64,000 nt of DNA, taken from Eledone cirrhosa. Taxonomy: Eukaryota. The notes below the pieces were generated by a model. That model ran no database searches. It had not been told where the DNA came from and saw only the letters and a program-made list of their open reading frames with translations. Made by a program: the position numbers and the translations under genes. Below are positions 56,733 to 64,000 of the stretch, piece by piece (within the stretch, counting starts at the first letter, position 1; every line of letters begins with the position of its first letter). The DNA is taken from contig OZ024747.1 in NCBI GenBank assembly GCA_964016885.1, positions 16,988,001-17,052,000 on the forward strand. Reading direction: 5' to 3'.

Positions 56733-57600
56733 GCTTTATCAATGGGGGTATAAGTCATGCGTTGACGTAACATCGAAATATTACTTATGTTAAGAACATA
56801 TTTGCTAATTATCTAAAGAACAGGGAGACTCTTACAGGATTAATCAAAATGCTAGAGATATCTACGACATATCCATGAAATGTACGATATCGCCAGTAAG
56901 AATGAAGGACCTGTTAAATGCATGTCAACAAATGCCTGTTTTGTGGAACCCACAAAGAGCAATTTCTTACGTATGGTATAGTCAGATTTCTTATAGCTAC
57001 GTAATAGGAGTAATTTGACACAAGAAGGTAACCACACATACAGAGATTTATTCATTCCTAGTCTAAATAATTGAATATTTCAATAGAATATAACTCAAAG
57101 TGGTGGCAAGGGAAATCGTGTATGTTCACTCGTAAAATAGTTATGACATACCATAATATTTCTTAACTGCATATTTATTGCAATGGAGATTAACGGTGCA
57201 CACAACATAACCAAAACAAATAATCAAATATTGATTATGGAATAAGAATGCCATGCCTTTGCCATCAATGACCCCTGAGGCAGATAGAAAAACACATTAT
57301 TTACTCTCACGTATAAATGTACACAATTTGATCTCAATAGTGACGTCACAACACAAACAGCAATAACTGAATAAATTTATATTACAAAGATTAACAACGT
57401 AGATCATGTGTTTATATATTTCATTGTTTGGTGGAACAATATAACATAAGAACATGATATAAATTTTCGTGGGGAAATATGTTGCTGAAATGAAAGGAAA
57501 TATGTGATGCTATATTATCAAACGTGAATATATGATGAAATATATTCATAGACTTCAATTAATTGTTTGGTATGTGGGTTCCTATTATATTATAATCTTG

Positions 57601-57751
<151 letters not shown>

Positions 57752-57877
57752 CATTTCGGGATGAATTCCATTCATCAAGAGGAGAGTTGAAGAAGCCAAT
57801 TTGGAGCATGATATATTTCCCCGTTTTCAAATATATATATATATTAAATTTAAACGTTTATATATATATATATATAT

Positions 57878-58039
57878 ATTTATTAAAATAACAGATTAAA
57901 GTTCAAGCAAAGAATCGCTGCTTTCGCCATTAACGGGAAATTTTGAAACTATAATAGATATTTGTTCTTATATATTTGATATATATTTATCCTTATCGAG
58001 CCCTCTTTGGATTTTAGTCTTCAAATTTATTATTATTAC

Positions 58040-58040
<1 letters not shown>
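57878..58040 (-). mobile_element. Family H12 mini-element
   Basis: Retains GAAA-GCA...TGC-TT-GAACTT; 5' core decayed; in (TA)n. Confidence 0.6.
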
Positions 58041-58072
<32 letters not shown>

Positions 58073-58205
58073 ATATATATGTATGTATATTTATATATGT
58101 ATATATATGTATATATATATATATATAGGCATGTATATATATATATATATATATGCATATATATATATATATTTATATGTATATGCATATATATATATAT
58201 AAGCA

Positions 58206-58238
<33 letters not shown>

Positions 58239-58276
58239 TTATATGTATATGCATATATATATATATATATATATAA

Positions 58277-58317
<41 letters not shown>

Positions 58318-58541
58318 TATATATATATATATTTATATGTATATGCTTATATATATATATATATATATATATGCATATATATATATATATATATATTTAT
58401 ATGTATATGCATATATATATATATATATAAGCATATATATATATATATTTATATGTATATGCATATATATATATATAAGCATATATATATATATATTTAT
58501 ATGTATATGCATATATATATATATATATAAGCATATATATA

Positions 58542-58591
<50 letters not shown>

Positions 58592-58628
58592 TATACATAT
58601 GTGCATGCATATATATATATATATATAT
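58040..58628. repeat. Compound TA-derived minisatellite
   Basis: Recurring units TTTATATGTATATGC(AT)n and AAGC(AT)n. Confidence 0.85.
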
Positions 58629-58669
58629 GAAGAAGCCAAATTGGAGAAGGATATATTTCCCTGTTTTCA

Positions 58670-58773
58670 TGCCGAGGTTAATTTTGCCTTTCATCCTCAC
58701 GGGGTCGATAAAATAAAGTACCAGTAATGTACTGGGTAGTTGCTGGCCTTGTGCCAAAAGTGGAAACAATTAT
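58670..58773 (+). mobile_element. SINE 3' half
   Basis: GCCGAGGTTAATTTTGCCTTTCATCC...GTGGAAACAATTATT. Confidence 0.82.
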
Positions 58774-59501
58774 TACAATTCTCTGCATTGTGTCGACAAT
58801 ACTTTCAATTTTTACAACTCTCTGAGCTTCATAAGTCAACCAGCCTTGATTGCACATGTATATTAAGTGTGTGTGTATGTGTATGTACGCTTGTAGTGTA
58901 TGTGTATGTGTATGTCCGTCAATCTCTGTATGCAGTATCGCTGACTCTATTTATATTGAGTCATACGTGCAGTATTTATACTTGTGTATATTGTTATGTA
59001 TAATTAAGAAAAGACGGACAAACCTTGCATATTCTTATCACTGTGTTACTTCATATTCTTCAATATATTATTAAAATACACCTACCTGAAATATAAAGAA
59101 AAATACATAATATTAGATATTCGAATTTATCAAATATAGTGTTTAATAATTATTAATAATTTATAGTTATTTGTTTGCGTTTTAGTTGTCTAGAGATACA
59201 GTTATCATAATGAAATACAATAAATCAAATATGATATTAAAACGTTTGACATTAATGATGAAGCTGAATACTTATGTTTATTTTATTCTTAGATTTGACA
59301 GTAAATAAATGAAGGAAATATACAAATAATAAAGTAACACCGTATATAGCAAATGTTAGAGCACGCCATGTGTGATACAAATATACGTGCATATTTGCAT
59401 AACTATATATTTGCATGCGCATTTCCACACAAACATGCACACAGTTATCACACATACAAATATGTATATATATATATATACACACACATTCACACTCACA
59501 T

Positions 59502-59535
<34 letters not shown>

Positions 59536-59536
59536 C

Positions 59537-59601
<65 letters not shown>
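59502..59601. repeat. (GATA)n microsatellite
   Basis: Read directly from the sequence. Confidence 0.95.
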
Positions 59602-59602
<1 letters not shown>

Positions 59603-60669
59603 TATATTATACACATTCTCATACATATATCTAAATAGATTCTTTTTTAATCGTATGACATCCATTTTGTCCTTTACACACAATAACGCAAAAGTCTCAG
59701 TATGAAGTAATTTACTTGAAATCAAATGTCTGTTAACATTTGCTACAATTTCAATGATATTTTTGTTAGTTACGGTATAATAGGATGGTAGTAATGACGA
59801 AGTAGCATTGACATTCAATTTCTAAAACAATATATATATATATATATAAGTTAGGCTGAACGTAATGTATCTCTGTATGACTTTAATTGAAATATATGAC
59901 GTCAGATTTGAAATTTATTTCCTAATATTGAAAATCGTTGAATTATTACATGTTAAATGTCATATATGATAAACATCATTAACGAAAGTATCTAAATGTA
60001 CTGCCAAACAAGTTAGTTTTATAGATAATAAGCAGCGGGTAAACTATATTGAAGAAGTGAAATATGTTTGAAATTAAATCGATCACTCTGCATGACTGCA
60101 AATCATTTAAGCATTTTAAAATCACCGGGTTTTGATATTATAACTTAGTGTATGTAACGAATATGACACATCCATCCACATAGTGTGATGATTCTTTCCA
60201 CATTAATGAGGTCCTAGGTTCGATCACACTATATGGATAATGTTTAATATAAACTAGGTAGGGTTGACCGCCTAGTGAGTTAATTTGGATACATTTGTAA
60301 AGTATGAAAAGCTTCCAGATACATTGTACTTGTAATTTATAGTTTCAGCTTTGTCACATATCGTGACAGTCACTTATACTTTTTCTCATAAGCTAGATCT
60401 TCATTTGATCGAACAACTGAATGCGCTTAGATGAAATTGTCGCAGGACCCAGCATATGATTTTAAACATTAATACACTCCCTGAAAGAATTAAAAATATT
60501 ATTTATAAATATATGTATATATATATATATATACATTTTTAGTATATGTTGGTTGTTTACCGACACCTCAGTATGCAGATTGGAGCACTCGACGAAGTAC
60601 GCAGGTTGTAATGTAAAATAAAGTAATTAAGTCAAATATTTAAGATTTGGCTTCGTTAATTAAAGATGT

Positions 60670-60724
60670 ACTGCTATATCTATTTCGGTGACAGCCATCA
60701 TTGGCTGTGATCTCTTCAGGCAGT
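60670..60724 (-). ncRNA. Type I hammerhead (family H8)
   Basis: ACTGC-CTGAAGA-GATC-ACAGCCA(ATGA)TGGCTGT-CACC-GAAA-TA(GA)TA-TA-GCAGT; perfect 5-bp stem I, intact core, two mismatches at the base of stem II. Confidence 0.8.
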
Positions 60725-61322
60725 TCGAATTGGTGTTGTAGAGACATGTACACATGTTGTTAAGGTGTTTAACTCCGTCAATACTCCGATAAGTCCAGCT
60801 CCTGGTTGGGTTGTTATTTCTCTGAGGAACTGGAATCATATGATTCATATGAATCATATGTCTCTCGCTCTGTTAAGTTGTGAATTAGACTGGTTATCTA
60901 CGCACGTGGCTGATACATTTCAGCTCGCTACTATATTGTTATATAATGGATGATCGCATTTAAAGTCCGTTAAAGGTTCTAGGCACTACCATTGTTACCA
61001 TCGCTTCCCTCTGGCCATGGGGCTTGGAGACATGAACCGAATGCTGCCATTCTATTTTATATCAATGAGAACTGCCATCTTTTCACCCCTTGATAATTTG
61101 TGTGTGGCACACGTTGGCTGAGGGCTTCTGACGGGAACTAAAAGATTATTTCTTTTTAGCTTCCCGTCACCAAAATGTGTAAAACAGTGGCTAGTTGAAA
61201 GATAGAGTCCTATCGGTTGCCAGTTGCTAATCGCTTTACCGTGTCGGTTGTTACAAACAGTCATGACCGGCATGGGCCGGTGTTTGGAGTCTGTCGATCG
61301 ATTGGTTATTGATTAGGCGATA

Positions 61323-61432
61323 CCCGCTGATGAAGCCGCATAAGCCGATTGTGCATTGTTGCATAATATATGCAGACAGATGGTGCAGTGCACATTACTG
61401 CTCTATTAGTGCGGCAGAAACTCGCGCCCGGG
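61323..61432 (+). ncRNA. Hammerhead (family H9) with extended stem II, cleavage site decayed
   Basis: CCCG-CTGATGA-A-GCCGCA...TGCGGC-A-GAAA-CTCGCG-CC-CGGG (GCC in place of GTC). Confidence 0.65.
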
Positions 61433-61752
61433 AACCTTATAGGCACCCGTTTTACGTGTGTTGTGTTGAGGCAAATAACTATGTGTATACTCTGTTAATG
61501 TATCTTACATTGCCCAGTGAGTGCGCTGAGATATAACCAGATACTGGCATTGATAAATATGGTGGGTCCGTCAAACCTTATTATATATATATATATATAT
61601 ATATATAACAAAGGGATTGTGGTAAGGAACCAGATGGATCATAACACACCAGCGTACTCAATACTTAGGCTAGTAGAGTGGGAAATATATATATATTTAT
61701 AAATAATATATATATATATATAATACTTAGTGAGTGTGGGGTGTGTGGGTGC

Positions 61753-61780
61753 GACGTTTCGGGTATAAGCCCTTCATCGG
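61753..61780 (-). ncRNA. Decayed minimal hammerhead core (H10)
   Basis: CCGATGA-A-GGG(CTTATA)CCC-GAAACGTC; U4 to C, no stem I found. Confidence 0.45.
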
Positions 61781-62404
61781 GAGAGTGGGGGAGGAGGAAA
61801 TCCGTGAAGGAGTGAGGGGGGAGTTAGCGAGAAAAAGAAGATACAGATAAAACATGAAGTGTAAAATAAAAGTTAAAATGAAAGATTTATAGGTATATAT
61901 ATATGTATGTATGTGTGTTTGTGTGTGCGTGCGTGTGTGTGTCTGTGTGTGTGTGTGTATGTGTGTGTTTGTATGTATGTGCGTGTGTGCGTATGTACAT
62001 TACTGTCACTTAATGTGTTCCTTCGGATTTTGAAATATTGATATAGATTATAACATTTCCAATAACAAAGAAGTTTATCTCATCATCTTGAATGTTCAGG
62101 CACCTTCTATTCACAAGATTGATCGCAATGCTTGAGTTTTCGGAATTGGAAAAATTCATTCCTTTTTTAAAAGAAAACCAAGACCAAATTTTTCAGTACA
62201 AATAAAATCATGATTGAGATTTCCAAATATTTTGGCAACGTGTGATATCTACTACTACTGTGAATTCTAGTAACATGTGCACTCAGTGTATCATGTTGTA
62301 TAATCATTTACAGAATTCTATAGACATCATTGAGATAGCCATAGCTATTAAATAGGCATGAGAACTTAGCCGTAATTTGGTTAGAAACTGTGTTTTAGCA
62401 AAAT

Positions 62405-62588
62405 GCGGTGAATTGGCAGTATCGGTAGAGGGTCGGACATGCTTCCCAGCATAGTTACGTCCCTTTACGAACTGAGTTCAAATCCTGCCGAAGGTAACTT
62501 TGCCTTTCATCCTTACGGGGTCGATAAAATAAAGTACTAGTAATGTACTCGGTAATTGCTGGCCTTCTGCCAAATGTAGAAACAATTA
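62405..62588 (+). mobile_element. tRNA-derived SINE
   Basis: Full-length; A and B boxes. Confidence 0.85.
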
Positions 62589-63034
62589 TATTTTTGAGCC
62601 CATTTTATAATAAATCACGTGCTGAAATTCATAGTCAGAGGTTATTTGAATGTGACTGTGCTTCTGTGATAGTGGGAAACAACTCGGTCGAGATCAACGT
62701 GTGTTATGGTTAATTGCTCGATTTTCACTGATATATTGTTTGAGCCCGATTCAAAGTAGAGGCTCCACTCTGAAACACAACAAAGGATATATCAGTATAC
62801 GTTATTTATCAGATTGTCTAAGCTTACGATTACGAAATACGCACGTGAATGGCGTAAAACCAAGCTCACATTTATAGTTGTCAGTGTTGCTGCTCTGGAA
62901 AAGTTCATATGAAAGATGACAGTGACGTGAACTAAGGGACTTTAGTTTAGAAGGATCTGTTATTTACTTTATTTTATTTCACACGTGATCAATACAACCA
63001 ATGATACCAGAGGGGGTTCGTCAATATCACACGT

Positions 63035-63069
<35 letters not shown>

Positions 63070-63072
<3 letters not shown>

Positions 63073-63210
63073 TAAAATAATTAAGCAAAGAATCGCTGCT
63101 TTTACCCTTAACGGGTTCTTCAGAAACTTATATGTATATTCATCTCCTGATATATATTTATCCTTATCGAGCCCTCTTTGGATTTTAGTCCTCACATTTA
63201 TTGTTATCAC
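63070..63210 (-). mobile_element. Family H12 mini-element with hammerhead (63081-63128)
   Basis: AAGTTT-CTGAAGA-ACCC(GTTAA)GGGT-AAAA-GCA...TGC-TT. Confidence 0.65.
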
Positions 63211-63211
63211 T

Positions 63212-63907
<696 letters not shown>

Positions 63908-63957
63908 TTCTGTTCATTCCATTGCCTTCAATAATGTATTCCCTTGTGTGTATAAAT

Positions 63958-64000
63958 AATTGTTTCTACTTTTGGCACAAGGCCAGCAATTACCCAGTAC
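63958..64000 (-). mobile_element. SINE 3' end, cut by the window edge
   Basis: TGTTTCTACTTTTGGCACAAGGCCAGCAATTACCCAG. Confidence 0.8.

Noticed and set aside
56526-56740. GCTTTA on both sides of the gap
   Set aside because: Probably contig overlap or chance; not biological evidence
60178-60232. tRNA-like A/B boxes (GGTTCGATC), and similar at ~28950-28990
   Set aside because: No cloverleaf; more likely heads of old SINEs than tRNA genes

Overview
This is eukaryotic, AT-rich non-coding DNA, probably from an octopod cephalopod (inferred from the SINE family and microsatellite load). I found no supportable host gene exon; most of the ORF track is microsatellite translation. The window is a mosaic of transposable elements: a Chapaev3-type DNA transposon with a TTA target duplication (6108-7834), a decayed L1/Tx1-like ORF1, three R4/Dong pieces in a (TAA)n nest, a GC-rich CRE-clade LINE 3' end, about 15 copies of a tRNA-derived SINE, and Penelope-like (PLE) elements with GIY-YIG remnants. 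The main signal is more than 20 type I hammerhead ribozyme motifs (intact or decayed) in about 12 sequence families. Most lie in short fold-back elements with a one-sided tail, inserted into (TA)n tracts. Several show stem covariation between copies, and one family has the U3-A8 core variant. All folds were derived by eye and none is tested. Ribozyme coordinates are exact to a few bases; element boundaries are approximate.
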